DNA of 63,840 nt, filler included, from Folioceros fuciformis (GCA_049999805.1; 18 parts of 18 records of this genome joined end to end with filler, not necessarily neighbours in it), one strand, 5' to 3'. Positions 1-12,127 are shown, counted from the first letter of the whole stretch. Numbers and translations are program-made. Notes: generated by a model not told the origin, from the sequence alone.

Positions 1-1037
1 GCCATGAGGACTCGCTGCGTCCAAGGAACTGCAGGCCTGGAAGGCGACAAGCCACCATGAGCTCCCTCCTAATCCCGGTGTTCAACAACTTCGACGAGAG
101 CCATCCCCAAGCAGGAAGCAAACCAAAACCTGGCCCGCAGGCGAGATGGCCTAGTCGGCCAAGCAGTTGCCGCCAATCTACCAGTCCTTGCAAGACACAC
201 CACCTGCGTGGGGCACAGCATCCGCAATTGCCAGCAGCAGGATCGCGCGATGGCCCACGACATGGGAGAGAAGCAAGGCAGGGCAGGCCCGTAAGTGTGA
301 ACGGGGTGTTTTACGGTACCCTTGGAAGGGCAGACCACGAAACTGGTCACTCCATGTCCAAATTATCATGGACCAGGACAAGGAAGCACAAATAATGCAA
401 CGAACAAACGATACAGTTGCAGTGAAGCTGGAGCCAACACACGTACATCCACAGACGCATGTGGAGCCGTGCCTGAACTCTTGTTATGCAAGACAAACCA
501 TCGCAATTACTGTACAAGAGCGGACTTACAGCGTACCGGCCTAGTCCCGACCAGAGCGAGTCAGAGGGAGCTAATTTCGAGGCCCCCGTCGATCGAGTCG
601 CAGTCCGCGCGTTCCGGATTCCAGTAACGACTCCTCCCGCAACTGAGAGTCCACGCTAATGCGCCGATAAATGGAAAGGAGGGCGCAGAATCGGTCCCGC
701 CCGGTCCGTAGCAGTTCGGTCGCGTGGGGCCCCGACCTCCGGTCGCGCGAGCAGTCACGGACCAGTCACACGCCGCGCGTGCTGGCGTGGCGTGGCGTGG
801 CCTGGCGCGATATGGATTTCACGATCCTTATTCCCCGCACGGCGCTGAAATCCGTTGCCGTAGGCAGGTGAAACGGAACCGTGACCCGAGGACGACCCCG
901 ACGAATCCCGTACCGTTGCAGCCCCGTCTTCTCCGTTCTCCCGGCGAGGCCAGATGCGCGACTTCCAACGTGTGTCAGAGACTGTGGGCTGATGAGGGCT
1001 GTGGGCCGTGCTGGCTAGCTGGCCTGGGAGTGGAGTG

Positions 1038-1196
1038 TCGGGGGTGGGCAAAATAAGCAAAAGCGGGGCAATGTAGTGGCTGGAGGGGGCCATGGACCCG
1101 GATTCTGCAGCGGTGAGTGCCCCGGGTGGGCAAAATAAGAGAAGGCACGCAACTGTAGCTGCTGGCTGGAGCCGTGGCCCCGGATTCGGCCACGGA
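1038..1196 (+). repeat. Imperfect direct repeat, 2 x ~80 bp
   Basis: GGGTGGGCAAAATAAG...TGTAG..GCTGGAG...CCCGGATTC occurs at ~1042 and ~1124. Confidence 0.6.
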
Positions 1197-2626
1197 GAAG
1201 GATGGGTACGTTGGCACGTTCCCACCCGCACGTCGTCGCCATGCGCTTCTTTTCTGGAAATTTGTGGCCTTGTACAAACTAGTCCGCAAACGCATCACCA
1301 AGACCCCGGACTTGAGGCTGTGGATCCACACGCCCGGACGGCCCGTACATGCCAACACGCCTCGATCCCGGCCATGACAAACAAATGGGTATCCGGAAAC
1401 GCGTAGACGAGAACGTTGGCAGTGAAGGACGAAGTACCCGACTTTACCCGCGGTGGTTAGCAAACGCACGACGTCACAGCTGACGACGGACGGGCCCGAG
1501 TGGGATCCATGTCCGCCGTCGACTGCGCTGCCTCACCACTCGCACTAGAGGATGCGACACACAATACTCCATCGTGCAAGGACAGCTCGCTCGTTAGTTT
1601 ATCTGGTTACCTGCCACTCGCTCCGCTCCGGGGCGGGGTTAACAGAAAAGCGGCCCAGCAAACCGGCGTCTCGGGATACTGAGATCTTCACAAGCCCAGG
1701 CACTTCTCGTGTGCTGAGAGACGCGAGTCCCGAGCTACTCAAACTTGACGCCAATGTAGACGGCTTCGCTCTGGAGATTAGAGAAGAGACGGACGACAAA
1801 GTTGTGTTTTTGGGTTCTCGATTTGAGACAGAGCACGGTGAGGGAGGAGACGACTTCGGGGTACTGGAGCAAGCATTTACACGTAAAAGACAGACTCCAG
1901 AAAGGAGTCGATCGATTATAATCCACCACCCCCAGTACACATCGAAGATGGACAGTTTCTCTTATGAGAAGGGAAGGGATAAATATAATGGCTGAACTAA
2001 CTAGGACTGACGACGCAGCTGTCCTGGGGGAGGCTAAGGCCTGGCCGCAACAAACAATAGGAGAAAGCCACCAACAGGACTGCACTGACATCCATGCTGC
2101 GCTCGCAGCTCTTCGAGCTGAGAGGCGCATGCTACAGCAAGACGTCTGGACAGAGGAGCAAAAGTGGATAAAAAGAAAAAAGGAAGAAATACGGCAACTA
2201 AATTTGCAACAACCGGTACATCGAGGGCTCTTCCTGGTCTGATGGGTGGATGAGAACTCCACAGGCCTTGCGGCACCAGCAAACCAGGGCCTGGTATAAA
2301 ACACACACCTCCCCCTACACTAGAGCGTGCCAGGGCAGGACCCTAGTTGCCGGGATGGCACACAAACTGCAAGTGCAAACCTGTCTGCCCTGAAATTCCA
2401 CTGAGACACTACCCCATCAATCACACGGACAGGAAGAGAAGCTCAATGCTACGACAGAAAGCAAACACACCTGGCCTACTTAGGTTGGTAACGAGGTTGG
2501 GCCGCCTCTCGGAAGAGAAGGCCCTGCCCGCCAACATCCAGAGCTGCAGAACAGAAGGAGACGACACGGCCTACTGACACCCCCTCCAGTGGCTAGCCTG
2601 CTGCAATGGTTGCCCTCCTTATACCC

Positions 2627-2726
2627 NNNNNNNNNNNNNNNNNNNNNNNNNNNNNNNNNNNNNNNNNNNNTTAATTAATTAANNNNNNNNNNNNNNNNNN
2701 NNNNNNNNNNNNNNNNNNNNNNNNNN
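2627..2726. other. Artificial contig-joining spacer (N44-TTAATTAATTAA-N44); 17 copies in the window
   Basis: The same 100-nt spacer, with stops in all six frames, starts at 2627, 7432, 11862, 18367, 20780, 24247, 25746, 27244, 30644, 33076, 40325, 43182, 51010, 54083, 57432, 59074 and 62714. Genes are cut off at these points. Confidence 0.97.
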
Positions 2727-3964
2727 GTAGGATACCTGGATGATACTGGATCTGAAAATGTAGTGATCCTGTGCCACGGATTTCGTTCCTCCAAGGTTGG
2801 TTGCCTTCGGGTTTCCATTTTCTGCCCCTGTTGGACACGAAATGATCCGTGTTGTGAGCTCCTTGCCCTGATTGGGCGTTGGGGGAATGTGTTGCCCAGG
2901 ACAGTGGCACTCTTGGCATCGTTGCATCAGCTCTTCTTGAAGCTGGCATCACCGTTTTTCGATTTGACTTCTCTGGGAATGGGTTGGTGGAGTTCTTGAA
3001 AATTTCCCTGGCAAGCCCTGATGATTTTTCTGGATCCGTTTGGGGGTTGAAATACGTTCTTGTCTGCTGCCCGACTCGCCAGGGAAAGCGAGGGAGAGTT
3101 TGTAATTGGTAATTCCTGGGATGAGGTAGAGGATCTTCGAGCTGCAGTTCTGCATTGGAGAAGTGAAGGTCGCAAAGTTGACAATATTGTGGGTCACAGC
3201 AAAGGTTTGCCCAGGTTTCTTCAGCTCTAGGTCGTGTTGGACTGAAGCATGTGCGTGCAAGTATGGCCAGGAATAGAGTGGCACAAGTTGCTTGTGGCTT
3301 CATCTCGCGGTCGAACTGATGTGTACGTTGTGCAGGAGGTTGTGCCGTGTTGCTCTATGCTTCCAAGTACCACGATGTGAGCACCGTGATAAATGTGAGT
3401 GGTCGATGCCATGGGAGAAATGGAGTCAGGGTGCGATTAGGCGAAGAAGGCATACGAGAGCTTGAAGAGAAAGGCTTTCTTGACGTCAATGACAGATTCG
3501 GTACTGCCCTACTGCTAGCTCCTCGATTTCATTATATTTCTTGTTCACTTGCACTAGCTAGCATGACTGAACTGCTGTTTTGGCAGGTTCTTATCGCGTG
3601 ACCAAAAAAAGTCTCGAGCCCAGATATGCGGACACAGATATGAAGGAGGAAGCTGCCAAGATACCGACGAGCTGCAGGTCCTTAATTCGCCTTCCATACC
3701 GCCATTTGCACTTCCCGTCGTAATGCCTCCTGTTCTCGTGACGGCAAAGACCTTGACTGTGCAAATTATCTCCGATGCAGCGTTTTCACCATCCACGGGT
3801 CGGACGATGACGTTGTACTAGTGAAGGACGCGTACGAATTCGACGAAGTAATTCCCACCCACAGCTTGAATATTATTCAAGGAGCCGATCATCGTTTTCA
3901 GTCGAAGGCAGGTGAATTGGGTCAGGCTGTAGTGACTTACGTACGAAGGAATATTGATTCGTGA
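2727..3964 (+). CDS. Alpha/beta hydrolase family protein, multi-exon, 5'-truncated by contig edge
   Basis: Spliced exons read VILCHGFRSSK, VFRFDFSGNG, EVEDLRAAV, nucleophile elbow GHSKG, VINVSGR, TIHGSDD and GADH. Stop TGA is at 3962-3964. Confidence 0.9.
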
Positions 3965-4814
3965 ACTTCCCTCGGTTGGGGGAGACTTAACGCACCGAGG
4001 ATAAGGGACTCGGCAGGAGTTTCTGTTGCTCGGCATCTTGAAAGAAGGTTTTGCGGTGGAGAGAAGCCACGGGGAGATCTGACCTGCATTCTGGAAGTTG
4101 TCAGCAAGGTGCTTAGGCCGTATACTTTTACAAGGATCTGTATCTGGCACTGAAACCTAAGTTCACTGACTCGACTGTAGCCAGGATTGCTGGTTCTTCG
4201 CTGCCTCCTCTAAGAATCCTTGTTTGTAGTGGCCTTTCTTTAGTAAAATTATTTCTCTGAATAGTCTCGTGGAAACCACCTTCTTAGATATCCCCAGATT
4301 GACAAGGCTTCTGACAGCAATCCTGATTCGATGAGGAGGCAAAAGGAAAAGTCCTAACTCGGTTTCCTTTGCTCGAAATTGATCGCCTAGATGCTCATCA
4401 CACCCTTGAGACAATTCCAAAACAAAGATCCTTTCAATATTCATCCTTTGCTTGCATTTTCCTCACGTTCCTCCCCACTTGTTTGCACGTTCGCGCGCTT
4501 GCGGTACCCATAGTGAACAGGGTGGATATCACGCGGTTTCTCATTCTGGGTCCCAACCGATTTGCGATGGGTGTGGGCGTCGTTTTACTTGGATGGTGAA
4601 AGGCTCGAATTCATCATCTGGATTTACATGGGCAATCTCTCCCTCCGAAATTTCCAAACCACGACGTGCATTTCGTTCCACTTGTCCGACAAAAATCCGC
4701 GTGCATTTTTCTTCAAGGTAGTGAGGTCTCATGTGGTAGTCTAGACAAGACTTGCTGGCATCGTGCTGCATGTAGGTAGTCTGTTATGGTTCGGAGCAGA
4801 AGTGGAACGGAACG

Positions 4815-6529
4815 ATGGTCACAGTATGGCACCCGGAACCGTTGTGGTCCCAACAAGTTGGTGTGCGTACAGGAATTCTACAAGGAGCTCCCGCTCACCT
4901 CACCTTACCGAGTGGATCTTCATCAAACAACCAAGACTCCAGGTGGAGCAGCAGCAGTATAAGAAGCCCAGCACTTTCGCTTCCGACAAGCCCTATGGGT
5001 GGGGGCGTCGGTCGCTGTCTGGAGCAGGAGCAGGAGCAACTGTGGCAAAAAACAAATTGTGGATCCTACCATGTGGTGGGACAACAGGCGAGATAAGAAG
5101 AGCTCCCATTGGCCGGACTTCCGGCGTAGAGGATCCGGGGAGGTCCTGTGGTTGAACCACATGTTCAAACCAGCTTGGGTTGATGAGCACCTTGTTGCCT
5201 TGGATATGACGGTGGGTCAGGGTGCCTCTCCTTCGTCCAAGTCGAGCTCTTTGGAAATGGAAATCCCCGAACCTGGGAGGCGTACAGAGTCGGAAATGGG
5301 GTGCAGGTCAACCAGTGAGAGCAGCCCAGCTCCTCCACTTCCGAGAAAGAGTGCGGGTTGGGACGAGGTTCCCGACGACGGTAGTCGTGAGGAACAGCAG
5401 CACTTGTGGCAACAATTTTTTCTGGACCCTACCGTTTGGTAGGATAACAGTCGAGACAAGAGGGACTCCCGTTGGCCTGACTTTCGGCATAAGGGGTCCG
5501 GTGAGGTGCTGTGGTTAAACAGCATCTTCAAGCCAGCTTGGGGTTGATGAGCAACTCATTTTCTTGGATATGCAGATGGGTCTTGGTTCCACTCCTTTGG
5601 AGTCCACGTATCCCGCCAGGTTTTTGACAGCATGAACAGAAAGGATGTGGTGACATGGACCACCCTGATTGGTGGGTATGCTCAGCAAGGGCTTGGCCAA
5701 GGGGCGCTTGTCGTGTACGGTCACATGGAAGAGGCGGGCCTCATTTTGGCTGACCATGTTACTTTCGCTTGCCTTCTGCAGGCCTGTGGAGCCAGTGGTG
5801 CCTTACAGAAGGGGAGGGATCTACACTCTCAAATTGTGGAACGAGGACTACTGGATGACATTGTGTTGGGCACCTGCCTGGTGGACATGTATGCAAAATG
5901 TGGTGAAAGGATGATGCATGCCGGGTGTTTGACAGTATGAACAAAAAGGGTGTGGTTACATGGACCGCCCTGATTGTTGGGTATGTGCAGCAAGGACTCG
6001 TCCAAGAGGCGCTTGTTGCTTATGGACGTATGGAGGAGGCGGGCCTCAGTTTGGCTGATCGTGTTACTTTTGCTTGCCCGATGTGGATAGGAGAGAAACT
6101 CAGAGAAGGGCAGCAGGAGCTAACAAGAAACCTGCAGTGGCGACCACCGAGGTGAACGAGCAGGTACATCGATTTGTGATGGGAGAGAGGAGACACGATA
6201 TTGCAGTTAAGGTACAGAGCACGAATGCACGACTGAAGCAAGAGGGAGGCCACGTTCCTCAAACAAATCTGGTGCTGGAGCCATTGTCAGAGAAGGATAA
6301 GGAAGACATGCTGTGTGGGCATGCTGAGAAACTGGCTCTGGCGTTTGGTCTTTTAAACACACCTAGTGGAACCCCTCTGGTGGTAACGAAAAATCTACGC
6401 ATGTGCAATGACTGCCACAGTTCCACAGAGATCATGTCAAGGCTTGAACAGCGAGACATTGTTGTAAGGGATGGATACCGTGTACATCGGTTCACGGCTG
6501 GTTGTTGCAGTTGTAAGAGCCGGCCTTGA
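4815..6529 (+). pseudogene. Disrupted PLS-class PPR gene with two N-terminal PDF(OSB)-like motifs and a C-terminal DYW:KP (GRP-like) deaminase domain
   Basis: PLS repeats (VFDSMNRKDVVTWTTLIGGYAQQG, VTFACLLQACG, LVDMYAKCG) precede KKPAVA...HAEKLALAFGL...KNLRMCNDCH...CSCKSRP*. Lesions: frameshifts near 5050, 5541, 5912 and 6078, TGG>TAG at 5440-5442, and most of the E region missing. Confidence 0.88.
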
Positions 6530-6736
6530 GAAGAATGAAGACGTGGGCAGTCCTGATATATTCGTCGGGGGTGAATATTCTTCTCTCTGTCCAAATTGAG
6601 ATATTTATTTTGTATTTATTTTAAAAAAACAACATGAACAACCATCCACCCCCTAAAGACACCCTCAAACCTAATGACTACCAATAACACCTCAAATATG
6701 AAAGTTGCTGATGCAGTCTCTCTAGCCAATGTTGTC

Positions 6737-7040
6737 ATCTTGTATATGGGATTAGTGAGTGCTCACTATAGACCAATGAAAACGAACCTGTATATGGGAT
6801 TAGTGATCCTGTATATGGGATTAGTGAGTGCTCACTGTAGACTAATGAAAACGCTTGCTTGTAAAACAATGGAAACCCTCCACCGAAGTAGAACAATGGA
6901 AACTCTTGGAAACCCTCTACCAAAGTAGAACAATGGAAACTCTTGTCATCCTGTATATGGGATTAGTGAGTGCTTAGACCAATGAAAACGCTCACTTGTA
7001 GAACAATGGAAACCCTCTACCGACGTAGAGCAATGGAAAA
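6737..7040 (+). repeat. Interleaved short tandem repeats
   Basis: CTGTATATGGGATTAGTGA and variants x4; GTAGAACAATGGAAAC and variants x5. Confidence 0.8.
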
Positions 7041-7130
7041 AAGAATCATACAATACACAACACACTAAAAACTTTTAAGAACCTTTTCACCTCGGAGGAT
7101 TATATTAGATTTACAAATCAATTTATAATA

Positions 7131-7431
7131 TTAATTTAATATTGGAGATGGGCACAATTTTTCATCATCAATTTTTTTGCGACGAGAATAGTAATAATCT
7201 AACTTGCAGCCTGGTGATTCAATTATTGCTCCTACACTTCTTGCACAAGTTGTAAGCACCATGTTTTGAATATAGTTAAGACATAGACCACAATCTACTT
7301 TTGATAAATAAACATGATCTTTAGAAACATCTTCTTGAGGATAGATAGCATTCTCATACCCCAAACAACTAGCACTAGAGTCAAACACGATGTTACCAAC
7401 TAGTAAGTTGTATTGAACATTGGATCTTGGA
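7131..7431 (-). CDS. Gnk2/DUF26-like cysteine-rich domain fragment, 5'-truncated
   Basis: DCGLCL...TTC...GAII...CKLDY matches the C-terminal half of DUF26 (DCxxCL..C..GA.I..C.LRY). The sequence is AT-rich and divergent. Confidence 0.55.
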
Positions 7432-8287
7432 NNNNNNNNNNNNNNNNNNNNNNNNNNNNNNNNNNNNNNNNNNNNTTAATTAATTAANNNNNNNNNNNNN
7501 NNNNNNNNNNNNNNNNNNNNNNNNNNNNNNNCCCCTCTTCCGCTTGACGTTGGTGCCCGGGGGCTGCAGGGCCGCCTCCGCCTCAATTTCAGCCCTGGTT
7601 CTCCTGTGCCTCCGGCGGGGCGCGGCCGGATCCATGAGCCCCTTGGCCACCATCGCCAACAAGAGCGCGTTGCCGTCCGTGCCCTCCTGTCCCCTCCGTC
7701 ACCCCCGCTGCATTGGCCGGGCCATGCACTGCAGTGGAGTACGATGCAATGTGCGCGCTGTTGTCAGCTCCCGCTTCCAATTGGCCCCGCTGCCCCCTTC
7801 CGGTACCGTCCCCTGGCCTGGCCTGGCCTAGCCTGGCCTGGCCTGGCCTGGCCTGCTCTTCCACCCTCCTCTCCCGCTCACACAAATTGTGAAGACCAAT
7901 GTGGCAGCGACAAAGACGTGGCTGGGCGCAGCGTGATGGGAGCTCGGGACGGCGCCATCGCTGTCCCCTCGTGTCAGGACGCAGAAGGCGGGAGTGCAGT
8001 CTCCTGCACCTGCTACTTCCGCTCAGTGTCACTCACAACGCAACCTGGCGACACTCACACTCACATTTTCAACACCGGGGCAGGCATCTATCCCCGTCTA
8101 TGCATGATGATGTGTAAGACATGGTTCAGGTTAGGGCAAGGCGGGGGGACGGACGGGGGCCGGCCCCGGCCCCGGGGGACGGTGACGGGCAGCACTCCGT
8201 ACTGCTCTTCCCGCTAGGGTTAAACCGTAACCAACGGTCAAGGCTCCGGCATTCAAAATTGCCTCATTCGGAGACCAGAGTGGCGTG

Positions 8288-8340
8288 GTGAGTCGTGAGG
8301 CGCGTTTGGTGAGTCGTGAGTCGTGAGTCGTGAGTCGTGA
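8288..8340 (+). repeat. GTGAGTC 7-mer microsatellite (GGCCT 5-mer arrays also at ~7814-7855 and ~8540-8570)
   Basis: Tandem units are directly visible. Confidence 0.8.
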
Positions 8341-9375
8341 CCCTGGCCTAGGCATAGGCATAGGCCGACGCTGCCACATTAATCACGCAAGCCTTCTGCC
8401 CATTTGCCAAATGTGTCTGACGCTGGTGTGAAAAGGGCCCTGCCGCAGGCAGCGGATCCCGGCGAAGATTTGCAGCAGGCCGGGCCCCGGGCCCTGTTGA
8501 TAATGTTTTGCAGGCATATCCGACATCCGGATCCCCAAGTGGCCTGGCCTGGCCTTGGCCTTGGCCTGGTCTGCCCCGGCCCCCAGTCGCAGGCAGCTGC
8601 TATAGGGCCCCCCTGGGCACTGGCCAGGCCTTCCTCATCGTCCCGCTCGTCACCGGCCTGCGATACATACGTATGTACATCAGCACATGTCTATGTACAT
8701 GACAGACATGGACACAAACTGGACACTGGGCTGGCCCAGGGCTGTTCCATGAATGCATCAATGCGGCCCGGTGACGTCTCTATCCGGTCTGGGGCCCAAG
8801 TACAGAACAGAAGCTGCCGCTGCCTGGCTCGGGTGGTGGGTGGGTACAATCTTTAAAGAAGCAGGAGGCCTTTCCCGCGGGACCGGAGCCCGGAGCGAGC
8901 CCGGCCCGCAGTGGTACGGTACCAGCTTCGGCTTCTACTCACACATACCCCGGTCGCTCGCTCCGGGGTGGGCCAGCAGTTGACTGGATTCGCTAGTCTT
9001 GTCGCATTCGGTCTTAACGGGACGGGGCGACACAACCCGTTATACAGCTCGGCTCTGTTCTGCACTGCACAACGGAGGGGGCCCTGTACCGTGGTAGCGG
9101 CATCGTCTTGGGGCGAGCAATATGGGATAAAGGCGGGTGGGCGGGCGACCGGGTAAGCGGGCAGGCGAGCACGCACAGACACAAAGACACGCATCCGACG
9201 TGCAGGCTGATGCCGGACCGATTATTTTTCCTTTTGTTACACTGTAGGCTGCCGCCGTCGGCACAATAATGTTCAGGCCATTCGGCAGGAAGCTACCAAC
9301 ATATCCCAAGGCAAATGGTGTACAGGGGTGAATTCACCCAAGAGATGGTCATGGCTGGGGAAGGAGCGGAAGGTG

Positions 9376-11278
9376 CTATTGGGAGTTGCGCCTCATCTGA
9401 GAACGGAGTTGCTGCTCGATGGACGAGAAGTTGGCTTGGAGATCGAACATCCGCTCCAGAGCATGCATGTTTTCTATGGTGTCGCTCACACTCTTGCCGT
9501 CGGTGCCGTCCGTCCTGAGGTGCTGCATGGGCCCATGGAGCAGCTTGTTCACGATGCTTCTCGACAGCTCCTCCACCAGTTGCCTGTCCTTCTTGGGCAC
9601 ATCTTCACTCAGTTTGCTCAGGCACTTGTTCACCTCGCTGGATCGGATGCGTTCTGCGTAGGCCCGCAGCCGCTTGATGGTCGGGACAGTTTCCAGAGAG
9701 TCCCGCCACGACTCGAAATTCTGCAGCTCGATGTCGATTAGTACTTGGGCTTCCTGTGCCTTCCGTCTCCTGTCCTCCTTGTTGGCTGCCACCACTTCCT
9801 CCAGGTCGTCCACGTTGAAGAGTCTGGTGGAAGGGACGCCGGAGACGCAGGGGGCCACGTTCCTGGGCACGGCTATGTCAACGAAGTATCTGGTCCCGCC
9901 CACATGGGTGGAGGCGGGAGGGAGCTGCTCCACGTCTTCCTTCACAAATAGAGGGGTGTTAGCTGCAGTGCTGGTGAAGATGACGTCTGCCTCACTCGCA
10001 CAGATCATGAGCCGTGAGAGAGGCTCGTACTGCAGGTTCAACTCTGGGAACTCCGCCTGCAGCTCCAACACTTTCTGCTCCGACCTGTTCACCACCACCA
10101 CGTGGGTGGAGCCCCTGGAGACGAGATGCTTCACCAGCAGCTTCGCCATCTTCCCTGCACCCACCACCAGCACTCGTGCCAGGGCAAACCTCTCCTTGGA
10201 AAGCTTCAGCACAGCCAGCTCCACGGCAGCAGAGCTGACGGACACAGCCCCTGCAGAGATGCTGGTCTCCGCCCTCACCCTCTTCCCTGCCGTGATGGCC
10301 TGCTTGAACAGCCCATTCAAGTGCCTCCCGAACCCCACGCTCCCCTGCCCGGTCTTGAACACCTGCTTCACCTGCGACAGGATCTGCCCTTCACCCAGCA
10401 CCAGCGAGTCCAGCCCCGACGACACTCTGAACAAGTGCTGACAAGCGTCCCGATCCCGAAGAACGAAGAGATGCTCCCTCAACTCGGCACCAGCGACGCC
10501 GCTTCTCTGCACCCAACACAACACGTGCCCGGCTCCCTCAATTGAACCATCGACCAGCCAAAACATGAACTACGGCAGCGAAAGATTGCGATCCCGCACC
10601 TTGGACATCCAATCCAGCACCTCAACCAACCCTCGATTCCAGGACAGAGCCACCACGTAAATCTCCATCCGATTGCATGTACTCAGCACGGCCGCTTCCT
10701 CAATGTGATTATGCCCACAGAGCTCGGTGATAGCACTAGACCACTCCGGTTCCGGAACCGCCAGCTTCTCCCGCAACTCCACGGGAGCCGTATGCACGCT
10801 CAACCCTAGCACCATGATCACGTTCTTGGCTTTGGTATACCCTGCAAAATCCCATCCCACGCAGGCATCATCAGACCACGCCACAGGTCCAACCTACCCC
10901 CAGAGCCCGGCAACCCAGAGCACAGCACAGCACAGCATGGCAATCCAACCACTCACTTTCAGGCCCGGCAAGACGCAGCTGCTCCAGAGCGCTGGCATTC
11001 GCCGGCTTGATCCTGTGGCCCGGGGGCAGCTCAGGTGTGCCGTCACCGGACAAGGCAGCCCTGGCCCCAGCAGCAGGAGCATGACCCGAGATCTCCAACT
11101 TCTCCAGTCTATGAAACCAGCCCCCGGAATCCCCTCCCCTGAAGAAGGCCCAGCTCCGAAGAAACGGGCACTTGGAGGAGCGCAAAAACGGACACCCCTC
11201 CCGATCGGCCCTAGCAATGTCTGCCAGCCCCTCCAGACCGGAGGCCGGGGCAGGGGCGGCGCACGTCCTCAGACCCAT
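9376..11278 (-). CDS. HEMA: Glutamyl-tRNA reductase (GluTR), 3 coding exons: 11278-10957, 10841-10600, 10506-9376
   Basis: Motifs [25 protein letters not shown], catalytic [38 protein letters not shown] and NKLLHGP. The GT-AG junctions keep frame, and an in-frame TAG just upstream fixes the ATG at 11278. Confidence 0.97.
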
Positions 11279-12127
11279 GCTCCTCTACCTGCACCCGCAG
11301 CCAATGAACTGCAATGAGCCCCAACCCCAGCCGCTACGCCAGCCTCCCAATGCCCCACCAGCTGAGCTGAGCAGACGCCCATCACGCCATTCCTACCTCC
11401 CAAAAGCTCAGGGACAGGCTCGGGCCCAGGCTCCCACCCAGCCAGCGGCAAGTCCTCGCCGACGCGGCGCCCGAGACGAGGCAAGGCGAAGCGATGAGAT
11501 GCGAATGCAAGCAAAGCAGCCTGAACCTCTTGGTGCAGCTGCGGAATCCGAGAGACACAGACAGCATGGGAAGACGGCGCCCACATCCGAATCACTCGAG
11601 ATCGAAATGAAGAAGCCCGTGGAGGAGCGTGGAGGAGGCGGGCGAGGTTGAGGGCGAGGAAAAGCCAGTTAGCTACCCAACGCCGGGTCAAAGGAGGGAG
11701 CCCGCGGTCGCCTCGGACTCGAAGCAGCAGGAGCAGGAGCAGGAACAGGAACAGCAACGACAACAGCGTCCGCATTCTTTCCTGCGCAGTGCTGCCCATC
11801 GGTCATGGAAAGGGGTGCGAAGCCTCGTGGTTGTAGTTGCTGGTACTATTTCATACAGGACNNNNNNNNNNNNNNNNNNNNNNNNNNNNNNNNNNNNNNN
11901 NNNNNTTAATTAATTAANNNNNNNNNNNNNNNNNNNNNNNNNNNNNNNNNNNNNNNNNNNNGTATGCACATGTACATATATGCCCATCTTCCAAGCCCTT
12001 CTATATCCTCCACCTCCAGCACGCCAGCACGCAACCAGGCAAAAAAACGAAGGCATTGCATCATCAAACTGTCACCATTCTGCACGGATCGGGAGATGGA
12101 TAGGGGACATGACAAAGTCTGCTCACC

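Noticed and set aside
1-2626. Genes in the first contig
   Set aside because: It has many short overlapping ORFs with no motif I recognise, so I cannot support a call.
2627-2726. Recurring TTAATTAATTAA palindrome as a biological repeat; ORFs ending in X...LIN
   Set aside because: It is always centred in fixed N runs, so it is an artificial six-frame-stop linker. Gene neighbourhoods across it are meaningless.
5440-5442. In-frame TAG repaired by U-to-C editing
   Set aside because: The gene is nuclear, the paralogous codon is TGG (Trp) rather than CAG, and several frameshifts accompany it.
7532-9300. GC-rich ORFs with WPGLA repeats
   Set aside because: The peptide repeats are translations of GGCCT microsatellites, and there is no domain evidence.
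9674-10545. Long antisense ORFs over HEMA (also 48977-49846 over THI1, 47258-48142 over THIC, 25894-26649)
   Set aside because: These are shadow frames of GC-rich coding sequence with no recognisable motifs.
11269-11390. uORFs overlapping the HEMA start (ATG 11390 and 11382)
   Set aside because: Both lie between a donor-like GAG|GTAGGA (~11396) and an acceptor-like GTGCAG| (11289), so they are probably inside a 5'UTR intron.
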